Assembly (NCBI GenBank): GCA_051362555.1
Contig: CM120649.1
Location: forward strand, 6,076,001 to 6,140,000
Direction: 5' to 3'
DNA from: Lingula anatina
Lineage: Eukaryota > Animalia > Brachiopoda
Length of the DNA stretch: 64,000 bases
Below the pieces are notes generated by a model that was not told the origin of the DNA, searched no databases, and saw nothing but the letters and a program-made list of their open reading frames with translations. Both the position numbers and the translations under genes were made by a program. Below are positions 24,896 to 36,683 of this stretch, piece after piece; the stretch's first letter is position 1; every line of letters begins with the position of its first letter.

Positions 24896-25984
24896 AATGC
24901 GGGACCTAGGGGAGGATATTAAGGGAGCCAAGACCCTTGCAGTAAGTGTTCATTCAAAAAGATACGCACCTCTGTCTTGTGTTGTTTTACATTGTATTCC
25001 ATTCGTTGTTTATATTTATTTACTTTTTTCAAGTCATGTTGGCGTGAAGGTGAAATGAATCATTTACAGGGTTGCTACTTAATATTAAGTGGTAACCCTG
25101 TATATATATGTTCTGCCACACGTGCCACGGCATCCCATAAACTGTATGACAACCGGAATGTTCGACACGATTGAAACGTTCTTAAATATCCTAACGCATT
25201 GAATATAAATGATCATGCTTGGTTGTAAAAAAAAATTATAATAATAATAATAAATAAATGAATCAGGTAATCGACACAGATAGTCTTTTGAGAACGTACA
25301 TCCATTGGTTAAAATCATAGCATCCTTCGGTATGAGAAAATTCTGTATTTCGCCGTTCCGTAAAACAGGGTGCAGAGCAGACCCGGTACTATCAAAACCC
25401 TCTCATGTATCTGAAAGCAACACGGCCATAAAGAAGAACAGCACTGTTACCTGCAGAGACGAACTGCCATGTATTTCTTCAATTTATCATGTTGTATATT
25501 ATTTTTATGAGTAAAACATAAATAAAACACACACATACACATAAGGGAAGAAAACGAATAATTATCATTATGTGGCCCAACAGATATACAGATAATATTT
25601 CTCCTTGTTTTATTAGCAAAAGCAAAGCATTATAATCCAGCTGTGATCGACCGTTAATTGATATTTGGTCAAAGAAGTTTTCTCAGATTACGTACAAAAC
25701 AAACGTCAGCATACATTTATTTAAATATGATATCCAGTGAATGAATAGACACCTGAGTTATATCAAGTATGTGAAAGCGGTTAAGTACATTCGATTTCAG
25801 ACTGTACAATTAAAAAAATGGCGTAATATTATTTCACTATTTACACTGAATGTGAAACAGAAGTAAGGTAGCGTCTAATGATCCACTCCATCCACTTTTT
25901 TTTTTTGTATCATCAGTCCCGCTTCAGGAGCTGTTGATGTAGGACATTTCTAAAGGTAATTCTCTTGCTGTGGAATTGCGTGTG

Positions 25985-26024
25985 ATGTTGCGAAGGCTGC
26001 TGTTCATTACTTTGACAGTTCTTG
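25985..26024 (+). CDS. Candidate alternative signal-peptide exon of the F-type lectin gene
   Basis: Reads ATG MLRRLLFITLTVL-G followed by GTAAGT. It is phase 1, compatible with the acceptor at 29671. Confidence 0.45.
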
Positions 26025-26044
26025 GTAAGTCAAATTTTCAATTT

Positions 26045-26284
26045 TTACCTCCGCCAAGGAGATTATGTTTTCACCCCTGTTTGTTTGTTTGTCTGTCTGT
26101 CATCAACATAACTCAAAAAGTTATGGACCGATTTTGATGAAATTTTCAGGAACTGTCAGAAGTGGGCCAAGGAACAGATGATTAGTTTTTGGTATGATCT
26201 GGATCAATAATCAATCAATAATCAATAATAAACAAAAAGTGCTGCCTTGGCGGAGGTCTGCGCTCTCGGAGTGCTTTTCTAGTT
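26045..26284 (+). mobile_element. HINE/DINE-1-like non-autonomous Helentron element
   Basis: Subterminal inverted repeats ACCTCCGCCAAGG (26047) / CCTTGGCGGAGGT (26245), a (GTTT/GTCT)n microsatellite, a 3' hairpin GCGCTCTCGGAGTGC, a CTAG end and T-rich flanks. Confidence 0.85.
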
Positions 26285-26667
26285 TTTTCATTGTTCATGT
26301 ATCTCTAAACTGAATATTCGTCAAAGGAAAATGTGAGCACTTTGCTTGCACAATTCTAAGTGTTGCTGTGACCGTACGGCAACCTTTACGTCCGTGAAAA
26401 CTTTATAAAATGTTTTTGAAGTTCATAGATTGTATTTCAATAAATTTGAAAGTTTTTAAAATGATGTAAACTCATGAAAACTGGGGAAAACTGATTTAAA
26501 CTTATGAAAACTTATGGAAACGTAAAACAATATGGTCCGCGGAGACCGTGACGCTGAACTGAATGAAATGTCCCGTAACAGGGCGGGAGTTGAAATACAT
26601 GTATATAGGGCAAGCCATGTAACATGTGAACACATCTCCCTGTTCACATTACTTTTACCTACATGTA

Positions 26668-26927
26668 CACACAATGGACAATAGAAGTGTCATCCCATGA
26701 ATCAGAGTAATCAAAGTAGGTAGATCTTGAGTAGTTATAATGCCTGGTCTACTTATAATGTGACTAAAGAGTATAAAACTGCTGTACCATGGAATTATAT
26801 TGTTGGTCTTTTTGTGAAATTTGATGTTAATAAAATGATACCAGGAGCATATATATCATTCCACAGTCATTTATCTCCCCCAAAGTATTGATTCAGTAGG
26901 GGTGACACTTCTATTGCCCAGTTTGTG
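26668..26927. mobile_element. Tc1/mariner-like MITE, copy 1
   Basis: TIR CACACA(A/C)TGGACAATAGAAGTGTCA with TA flanks. An inverted second copy lies at 41158-41398. Confidence 0.8.
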
Positions 26928-27437
26928 TAGCACGTGTTGCAGTTACACTAAGTGAAAAAAGAAACAGTAATTGGTGTGTTTACTGTTGTGATTAAAAAAG
27001 CCTCAAAACGGTGTTGATAGCAAAATGTCCACTACAAACACACTGCTGTTATAGCATCGATTAAAATAAGCAAATTAACTCCAATGTATATATGATGTAA
27101 TAGTATTATCTCATAATTTGACAGTATTTGTTGCTTCAATATCTATATGTAGAAAACGAAATACCTAACGTATTGATCTACCTCATACAAGAGACTGTTA
27201 TTTAATGAGGTTCGATTTCATACGACGTAGGAAAGGGCCTGTTTTACGCTACCTTGCATCAGTTAAGAAACTATTACAGATAGATTAAAAGGCGTTCTGT
27301 TAAATATTAAAGCATCAACGAACATTGTGTCACGCACTTAAATTGATTCACCAACCGGAACAGCGGCAGGCATTTTATTTGGTTTCTCTGTCTGCGTCGT
27401 ACATAAAATGTCCGTTGTTGTCGCTATATGATTAAGT

Positions 27438-29624
27438 ATGGCGGTTCTTAGACTACTTCAAGTAGGAGTTACTGTTACAATCCTTGGTAAGTCTGGTTAT
27501 GGTAAAGTACAACAGTTTTATGTGGTTTTGGTGCGATCGAGGGATAGAAAATAAGCGTTTTCTTTTTAATTGGATAAAGTTGTTCAGCAAGATACAGTAC
27601 ACTCTGATGGAATATTCAAAAAGAGAAATGCACCTGTCATGCGGTTAATTATCTTCAGAATAAAATTAATGTCAAATGAGCTGGCCGCATAATTGGCCTT
27701 TTTCAGCCACTATTCACGATTGAAGAAACAGTAGTTATAAGTATACTCATTGTAGTGTTGTAGAAAGTAATCACTCTAATTATGAGACTTGAACAGGCTA
27801 CTCTGAATCCTAAATCTAGCTGATTTCATTGTTGTCTATGTTGATTTGTATCTTTACACCATTGTTGTTTTCTGTAAAATCCCCTTTACACTGAACTGCG
27901 TCCTTGATGCAACCATGAAACTGGCATCGCTGTGATTGTAGAAAGGAGACACAAGCATCGTTTTGGTTGCAGAATAAATGCTTAATGATCGGTTGGTAGT
28001 CGGCACGTAAAGTGATTTTTTTTACTCTCAAACGGGGCCCTACTACAGGACGCAGAAAGGACGCCGTCCTGTGTAAAGGGGGCTTAACTTATTGTCATCC
28101 TCAATGTCCCATTGGGTTATGGCTATGTAAGTTGGCGCCCGGAGGGTAACCAACAGGTTTGCAGGAGTATGCAGAAAGAGGCAGGAGAAATGAACCCAGT
28201 ACACTGAAACTACATCTACATGTATATAGTAAAAGCAGATCAGTCCAAGTCTCCTTTTCACGTTTTTCTCCCAAACTACAACGATCTGTTGACAACTGAC
28301 AGGTGATAGCAATACCTTAGAACAGTGGAAAGATGGTGGCCGTAGTTTGAATTTGATTATAACTGATAAAAGTATTTTTGACGGCATTTTCTAGCCTTCG
28401 GCAATTGCCGTAAAGCTTCGACATGTGTAACAGGTATTATATATTGTCAATAACACATCAGGTGGCAGGTTTCGCTGGCCTAGTGGTAACGTCCTTGGTT
28501 GTCAAACTCGGTCCAGTCTTTTCTTTCATTTTTTTCAAACTATTATTATTATTATTATTATTAAAATATATAAAATCTTTGACTCATGGCAAGTGTGGAA
28601 AGAAGACTTTCACACAGAATATAGTATATAAAGACATTCAATAAATCGTGTATACTAATCTCTTATCATGGTTCAATGGTTGATGTGACGGGCATCAGGT
28701 AGTGTATATTAATATTGTAACTTACAACCAGCTTATTAGAATTTTACTATGCTTCCATATTCTACATATACCTTCAAGTTACAGTAAATTTGGGGATTTT
28801 TATTCGCTTGGGTGTCTTTTAGCAATTATGCATTTTGGTAAATTATCGGTATTTTATTGAGAAAAGCGAATATCACGTAAAAAAAAAATCAGACTTTAGA
28901 GGAGAAAACAGAATCTCCCAAAAGCAGAAAACCAGGCATGCTTCAATGGCGCATTACACGGCAGTGTGGTTGTATGGTCCACACTCATCGGCGGCTCTTC
29001 CTCTGTTGGTTCGAAAAAAGGTTTCTTAGTGGAACATCTGGTTCCAGGCCACGAAACACGAGTCTGATATTGATCGATCCTCTGGAAACTCGGGTTTTTG
29101 TCGCGTTTTTGACACTGTTCCAAAGAGATGATGCTGACAGTGTTCTTTTTTGACGACACGTCTTATATAGAATAAGGTTCTCCCAAACGTACATGTGACC
29201 TTACATTCTGCTTATACAAACTTGTCACACAGGACATACAACTCTCATCGCCAATTGAGAATTACCCAATAAATTGGTTCTGGAACCATGACTTACACGT
29301 TCTTTATTAGTGATTGCCGAAGCCAGATATATCAATGGTTTTGCGAATATTGTCACAGTGAAATTAAAAGAGGATTATCATCATTCCTCTTCGTCCCGTG
29401 TGGGACATAAGGCCTCAAAAATTAGGATTATACATGAAGGTTAAAATAATATTCCAACATTATAAGCAAGAGTGTATGTTTACATAATTCTGTCTACGCT
29501 AACAATCATTCGCTCGCTCAGCTGCCTTTATCACGTTTTGAAAATGTACTTTAAACACCCTACCGCTCTCTTCAAGAATGAAAACGAAATTAAGTATTGG
29601 GTGTTCCATCAAACCTTTAGGAAA

Positions 29625-29662
<38 letters not shown>

Positions 29663-31036
29663 CCTTGCAGTCGCACCACTATGTAGAGGTTGCTCGCAGG
29701 AGTTGGCCAAAGGTAAACCCGCATACCAAAGTTCCACCTACCAGACACACATTGCCGGTCTCGCTGTGGACGGTAACTATGACGACGACTGGCATCGAGG
29801 CAGTTGTGCCCATACAAATGGAGGTCAGGGAGATTGGTGGCTGGTGGATTTAGAAACCACGGCAAAACTGGCTGGCGTCATCATAACAAACAGAGCCGAC
29901 TGTTGTAGTAAGTTTTATTCAAATCCTCTCTGCTTTGGATTCACTCTAAATCTATTAAACATTATCGTAAATACGTTTCCTTTTTGTGCTGTTACTGTTG
30001 CTGATGTGCATGTACCCAGTAAGCGTTTCTCGATAAGTCAACTTTCATTTACTTCCAATACTGGTATACCAAACGTCAAAATCATAAATAATTATTTTCG
30101 TGGTTTTTACTGTTTCCCAAATGACACATTCGGTCTTATATAATTTTTATCATTTCATTCTATTTGTGCTTCCCACGCTTTGTGCATGCATGTACTTGTA
30201 GTTTGATTAAGAACGTGAAACAAATTTAAAAAAGAACTAAGAACGTGACACAAGTGTTGTTTAAACTCAAAAGGTTTGGAGAGTTTGAAGAGGTAACGTT
30301 TGGCCTCCATTTTCAGGTGAGCGTCTGGTTAATTTTGAGGTGAGAGTTGGATCCATTTACGTGAATAGTTCATCATTCACCCAGTATGAACTCTGCGCCA
30401 GTTACCCGGGGGTGGCACCTGTGGGGAACACGTCTCTGTCCTGTGGGTCACCACTAAAAGGACGATATGTGTTGATCATTAAAGTTGGCAGCGACGTCCA
30501 GGCCTTGCAGCTTTGTGAAGTGGAGGTTCACGGTAAGCTTAAACGCCGGTCTTAATATCACTTTCTCTGGGGTAACACAAGTCGAAGACTAGCAGTGTAA
30601 AATACCGCCCCCCCCCTCCCCCCCCCCCCCCCCCCCCACACACAAAATATTATTTCCTAATTTTGGGAAATTACGACAAAAAAAAAAAGAAAAACGTTTG
30701 ATTCTCATTTTCTTGCCATCGCCATATTTAACTGAGTAAAAATTTAGAAAAAAAGTAGTGCCCTGAACCCACGCTTGAAAAGCGCGTTTTTAATATTACG
30801 CCATACCTTAGAGCACTGTGTTCCAGGCCGCGCGCAATTCAATACTAAGTCTAGAGAGGTAGCGGTGTCGGAGGAGATGAATTATATTTTCAGCTATATC
30901 TATTCATAGCATTCATCTGATAAAAATTGGTCAAGTGTATAATTTGCCTTCAGAAAAATTCAAGAGAAAGTGGTTTATGTATCGAACGTCTGAGAGGAGG
31001 GGGTAGATTATTATAATAATAATCTGGTCACCTGGT

Positions 31037-31081
<45 letters not shown>

Positions 31082-31349
31082 TTCAGGTATTGGAAGCATA
31101 ACCACGTTCCAGCTGGTAGGAGCAGGTGCTCGCGCATCCCTCTCACCCATATCTACGCTGAATGTCCGCAGTCTAACTGAATGCAGCACCTTATGTATGC
31201 ATCACTGGGAGTGTGCGGCTATAAACGTTCTCTGCACCGGAAATGGCCAATGTACCTGCGAACTACTGCCCAGTACTGCCCAATCCGGCGCCTTGCAGGC
31301 AGACACTGGATACGAATATTATGAAGACACTTGCTTGGGTATATTATAG
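27438..31349 (+). CDS. Secreted F-type lectin (fucolectin domain) with C-terminal PAN/Apple-like domain, ~254 aa
   Basis: Exons 27438-27486 (MAVLRLLQVGVTVTIL), 29671-29907, 30317-30532 and 31087-31349, all phase-1 GT-AG. The fucose-binding motif H-x26-R-x-D-x4-R (HTNGG..RADCCSER) is intact, along with LAVDGN, WWLVDL and LQLCEVEV. The last exon SLTECSTLCMHHWECAAINV..CELL has PAN-like spacing. Confidence 0.88.
27878..28084. mobile_element. ~210-bp MITE, copy 2 (same family as 511-722)
   Basis: CCCCTTTACACTG...CTACAGGACGCAGAAAGGACGCCGTCCTGTGTAAAGGGGG; shares the internal GAAACTGGCATC motif with copy 1. Confidence 0.7.
29377..29415 (-). mobile_element. Very short 3' tail of an RTE-type LINE/SINE
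   Basis: Minus strand GGCCTTATGTCCCACACGGGACGAAGAGGAATGATGAT (stem-loop plus short repeat tail); AGGATTA on both flanks. Confidence 0.45.
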
Positions 31350-34300
31350 AGCGAGATAATCCATAAAACACTTAAAGTGTGTGATCAAAACGCCAGATTT
31401 AGTGTAACATAATGCTTTCATGTGCATTCATGGTGATCAAATAGTGTGCGTGAATTCAGCTTCTGCTCATTTTCATTCCCTGAAATTTATATTTGATCTG
31501 TAAGGCACGTACTTTGGCCAGGGGATTTATTATTATTATTATTATCATTATTATTATTATCATTTATTCGCTTCCTGTCATTATGAGAACATAAGAAGCA
31601 GTTTGCTAGTTCAGCTCTAGAATTCTTCCAATCATATTTGCAATTTTTATAGAAATGTGAATTTTCGGATAACATATGAAGTGGATATATTTTGAACATA
31701 ACATGTACGTGTTAAGTGCAAAACAAAAACTTAATCATAGATAAATAATCAAAGGAAATTTACCTCACTTTAAAACAAAAAGATATTAAAATGAATAGTA
31801 AATATATGAGAAAATAGTTTCGAAAAGTTCTGATTATTGAAAAACCTCAATGCAACAAAACGCTCTCCTTCAATACTGGATCTGATAATAGTTGATAACT
31901 TTGTTTGCTCGCTTGCATATGTCTTCGTGGATTTAAAATATCAACATACACTTTCCTTAAGGGAATTGACTGAAATGTGACTTAATTGTAGGAGAGTTTC
32001 AAATGCTTGTAACATCAGGGTGAATATGCTGTGACTGTTGTCTGTACATGTATGTACATTAGCTGTGCTGAGTCGGGCTTCAAACATCGATGAGGGACAT
32101 ACATAATACATGTATTAAAGGTAACAGCAAGTGCGTTATGTTCGCAGTGGCCGTCTCGAAAACTGGCATTCGAGCATAAGTTCATTAATGCATGCACTTT
32201 ATTTCACTCCAGTCAGAAGTGAATACAATCCTTGTATCGATCCTCACTGACAAAAGTCTTCCATCGACTTTCACGTCAGTTCGGTTCAAATGTAACATGA
32301 TTACGGAGCGGTCTTTGACCTTGGTCGTTGCAACATGGACATGTTGTTCAATGAGCCTGAGACATCTATATGACAAATTAATGTAGACCCAATTGTTATG
32401 AAAAATTCAACACGTTTTCTTTAATGATTATTCGGTACTCTATCTACATATCGTTTACAAATCCACAATCCATAATGTAATTTTGACGCAAAAAGAGCAA
32501 GCGGAAAAAAGTATTAAGGCATTATAAAGTGAAACGTAATATCGTACATAATGGAAAAGGTTCCCACGAAGCCAAAGCACTATGAAATCGATAACAAATG
32601 TTTAAAAGCTACATTAGAACACAAAATAGTTTAAACGAAATACAAGTAACTAGGGGAATATGTATCAATAGTTCAATATATGTTCCTAATGCTTCGGCGC
32701 AAAAAGGCATGTAGTAGAACTGTTTAAAATCCACTTAAATAGGTGAAATATTTAGAAATATTTACAAAATGACTTATTTATAAGTAATTATGCAAAGATT
32801 TACTTGCGGTTATAAAATCAGAATGCAGAATGTAGACTGGATGTTTCTCTATACTTTCATAACTGTAATCGTCTTTTTACATTTTGGTACATCATAAAGA
32901 GTTGAATAAATGCAAAATACATAATAAAAAAGTCAGATAAAAATAATAAATAACAATATTGATACATAATAACAACTATAAAGTTCCTTTATGCTAATTA
33001 GAACAAATTAAACAGCTGAATGTAGAGAGATTTAAAAGCTTCGAATTGTGATGCGGATCACCCACTGATCGTTTAGTTTCGATTTTTTCCTCGCTTGAAT
33101 GCAATCTTCAACACCCATACTGATTATGTGACGGTTTGTCTTGCTTCTAGAAGTAAGCACAGCTTTACGATCAGGGTTAATAGTTACTTTTGTAACTACT
33201 TTTCAGTTGATTTGCGCGTATTTCAATTATACTTTGGTTACAAGCAAACCGGATCAGGGCGAATTTTCTTAAACGCTTTTTCTTGAGGCATTCAGTTTTA
33301 CCGTAAATTAATTCATGAGTTAATAACCAATGGGCCAAACAGCTGGGTGAGGCATATTCTAGAATCTGGTCATACATGCATGCATAAATGACCGTCAATG
33401 ACTGTCTGGTAATCAGTCTCAAGGTCATCAGCTGTGAGGGCTGCTAGTTGCAGGTGCAGTACAGTTAGATAATAAGTGAAAATAATAATAATAATTATAA
33501 TAATAATAATAATAATAATACCATTTCAAATGAAATATGTTCTATTTAAATTCAAGTTGAAACATTTTATGCTTGATAAATTAACTATTCAAAGAAATAT
33601 ACTCACAAAGTAATCAATTTAATTATGTCATTTGTTGGGGAGTCAAGAATGACACTATTTCCGCAGTTTTTCCTATACGTAGACGTCTTAACGACCGCGG
33701 AAGTGGGCGACCATTTGTTTGTTGTTTCCGACGTTCATGGGTATTTAACTTATAACAACGAACGCGTGTTGAATCGCAACTGAATCAATATTCAATATAT
33801 ACATTAAGGTTACGTATAAGAAGAATACACAATTCAACCCTGAACACACATGCAGGACAGGATGAACGGCGTTGTTTTTGCTCGGTCGAGAAAAGAGGCA
33901 ATAGCGTGACTACATTACCGGCGGGTTTGCTTTGACGTTTGCCGTTCGTGTGAGACCTTAACGAGTAAATAGCACCCTAGATATCTCGATATTTGGTTAA
34001 TGCGCTCACCACCAAGGTGTTCAAAACTGTTGTCAGAAAAGCGATCCACAAACCCGTTTTTGACTTGTTACTTTGTAGTTTCATTCATTCTCGTAATGGA
34101 AATTGGGACCGGTGAAATTCACTCACTGCGGCAAAATTTGGATCTTCTCATGTCTTAAACTTTAAAAAATTGGTAAACAGGTTTATGGGATTTTTCAACA
34201 GTGTTAAATGCGGCATACCTTGGCCATAAACATATTATCATCGAGTTATTGATCTTATTGTTGCATAAAGGTCTAACGAGCATTGTATGACTATAAGATA

Positions 34301-34597
34301 TCAATGGGTTAGATACTTACAGCACACATAAGCAGATTAGTTACAAATAAGCTAAAGATAAGTGAGACTTGTTTATATGCGCTGGGCTGTACAATCAGAA
34401 ACAGAAACTATTACGTGACCTGTTTTTAGCATATCCATAGCGGTTTCGAGCATTTTACTTAGAGAATACGTATTACTTCAATTGCAGAGATTGGCGACAT
34501 TAAGGGCTGTTTTATAGGTACTTGAGTCATGTGATAAGAGTCTCAGCTCCCTACACGATCGATTAGTAAACTCATTGAAGCAGGAAGCGAACACCTG

Positions 34598-34744
34598 GGC
34601 CCCGTATCTCGAAAGCATCGCGCATTGCGACCGAGAGCAAGCGTCTCGATTCCATAAGTAGCCCATGCTCGTCCCATATAATACAGTGTAGCCTCTATGT
34701 GATATCGCTATTCGCAATACGCGATGCTTTCGAGTTACGGGGGC
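34598..34744. mobile_element. Small MITE with ~33-bp TIRs
   Basis: GGCCCCGTATCTCGAAAGCATCGCGCATTGCGA / TCGCAATACGCGATGCTTTCGAGTTACGGGGGC with CTG flanks. Confidence 0.75.
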
Positions 34745-36027
34745 CTGGAGAGCTTTATGACCCTAAACAAAATGAACTGATACAAACTATATCGCTCGAT
34801 TGTATCGGTCGACGAAAAAATCCATTATGCAGCCATACACGTACACGTACACCTAGCAAACACATAACGTTATTATATTGTCACGTTGCTACATGACGTT
34901 TTTTGGTTATTTTAACCTTATGATAACCTTATAATTACTGTCTGTGTTTTCTGGACATATGCTACTCTCTTTTCCAACATATATGATGAGGAAGGGAATG
35001 TTGCTGAGCAGCACGGCGACGCAGTGTCGTGTGTCTGCAGATACAAATACACTCGAGAAGTATCAGTTACATGTACATACCTATAATGTATAATGGTTAA
35101 CACTCTGTGTGTCTAGGTCTATTTCTTTAACGGGTGATATAATTATGTAATTTTCCTATTTACGCACAATTGTACAAGTGCCTTGGCCTTACATTTGGAC
35201 AGTGAGGCAAAAAGACGTGTGTGTGCTTTCCCTTTTTATCTTTTTAAATAAAGCTGACCAAACAATCGAATAAGGGAGTAATATGATGTTTTATTTATTT
35301 ATCTTTTACAGATAGGGATATTCTCTCGTTTCATAATAGTGTACAGTATAGCCCAGCTGTATAATATTGCCCTTAGACGCCCAATTCGTGTTTAGGTTAA
35401 TGCCTGAACAGTATTGTTCGTGGTTAGAAGTCCCCTCCTTTTTATCATCATGTCTTATTTTCAGTGTTTTTAAACATAACATGTTGTTAAAATATGGGAA
35501 CCGTGAGTGTGCATGCCTTTTTGTAACACAGCAGCGACGACAACTGATCAAATATCACCAACAATGTAAACTGTATTGTGGATTCACTGGGCGAAATGTT
35601 TTACACGTAGCACGGCTCACATGCGATTTACACGTTGCAAGTTTTTCATGTACTGAATGGAACAGATTGACAGTTTAAGATTCGGCGATGAACTACGCAC
35701 GGTATACTGCAAATCAATCCGGATGACAAATAGCCTTTCCAGAAAATTGAACGCCTATCAGACATTTACACCATAGAAACTGGAATAATAAACGCACAGG
35801 CAGGTATTAATGATCACATTAATTTCAATACGGCCTCGTGTTTAAGTTAATACACAAACGGACTGAGAGGTTATGGGTGTTAATAATGCAAGAGCGTGTC
35901 TCTGTTGAAAGGGGGATCTCAAAATGTTAAGCTAATGTGACGTCGCTACAGTAAATACAAAATATTGATGTAATATCTCTTAATGCTTCACGGAGAGCTG
36001 GGCGGTATAGTCAAGGTGGGTAATTTA

Positions 36028-36195
36028 CAGGCCCGTAGCCAGGGGGGGTTCGGGGGGTTCGAAAGAACCGCCCCTTTCGCTGGGAAAAGGTCCACTCTGG
36101 GTAAAATTTGATTTAGGTACATAAAGTTTTTATGGGAAAAGGTCCACCTTTTCAGAAAAAGAACCCCCCTTTTGAAATTGCTGGCTTCGGGCCTG
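36028..36195. mobile_element. Small hAT-like MITE
   Basis: Termini CAGGCCCGTAGCCAG / CTGGCTTCGGGCCTG; TSD not clear. Confidence 0.65.
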
Positions 36196-36683
36196 AGTAA
36201 ATGTTTCAAATGTGCGCTGTACTGTGGTAACTGGAAATGCAGAGTTACTGAAAAGGGAAAGGAAACTGAAATATAAAGTTTGTGTGAAAAGACCGGAAAT
36301 TGAGTCAGTAAAAAATGAAACTAAATTGTTTGTATAGCAGAGTAATTGATCATTGTCATCACATAGCTGAATCTGGAAAACATTGAATGTCACAGGCTTA
36401 TAATTAAAATGTCTGGGGGTGAGGGGGAGGGGTGGTTACTTACCAAAACTTCTAAAAGAAGCTAGTAATACTATTTAGAACGAACGTTTAATGAATAATA
36501 ATTTATAATTTATATCAAATGAGTAATTAATTAAGACTATATTATATGTGTTATTAAAAGCTAATTATATTTTCTTATACAGTTCGGGCAAATACATTAT
36601 CTAAACTTTTATCTTTTTCTTTTATTTGCAGAATCATTCATTTTAACTTTTCTACAGACACACTTCCCCCTTTTTAACAGACA

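Noticed and set aside
28460-28515. tRNA-like A box TGGCCTAGTGG
   Set aside because: No B box or cloverleaf follows; at most a SINE head fragment.
29472-30143. 223-aa ORF with a poly-Ile stretch
   Set aside because: This is intron read-through around the real exon 29671-29907; the poly-Ile comes from a (TTA)n microsatellite.
31400-36000. Many 60-100 aa ORFs in intergenic DNA
   Set aside because: No motifs, consistent splice structure or compositional support.
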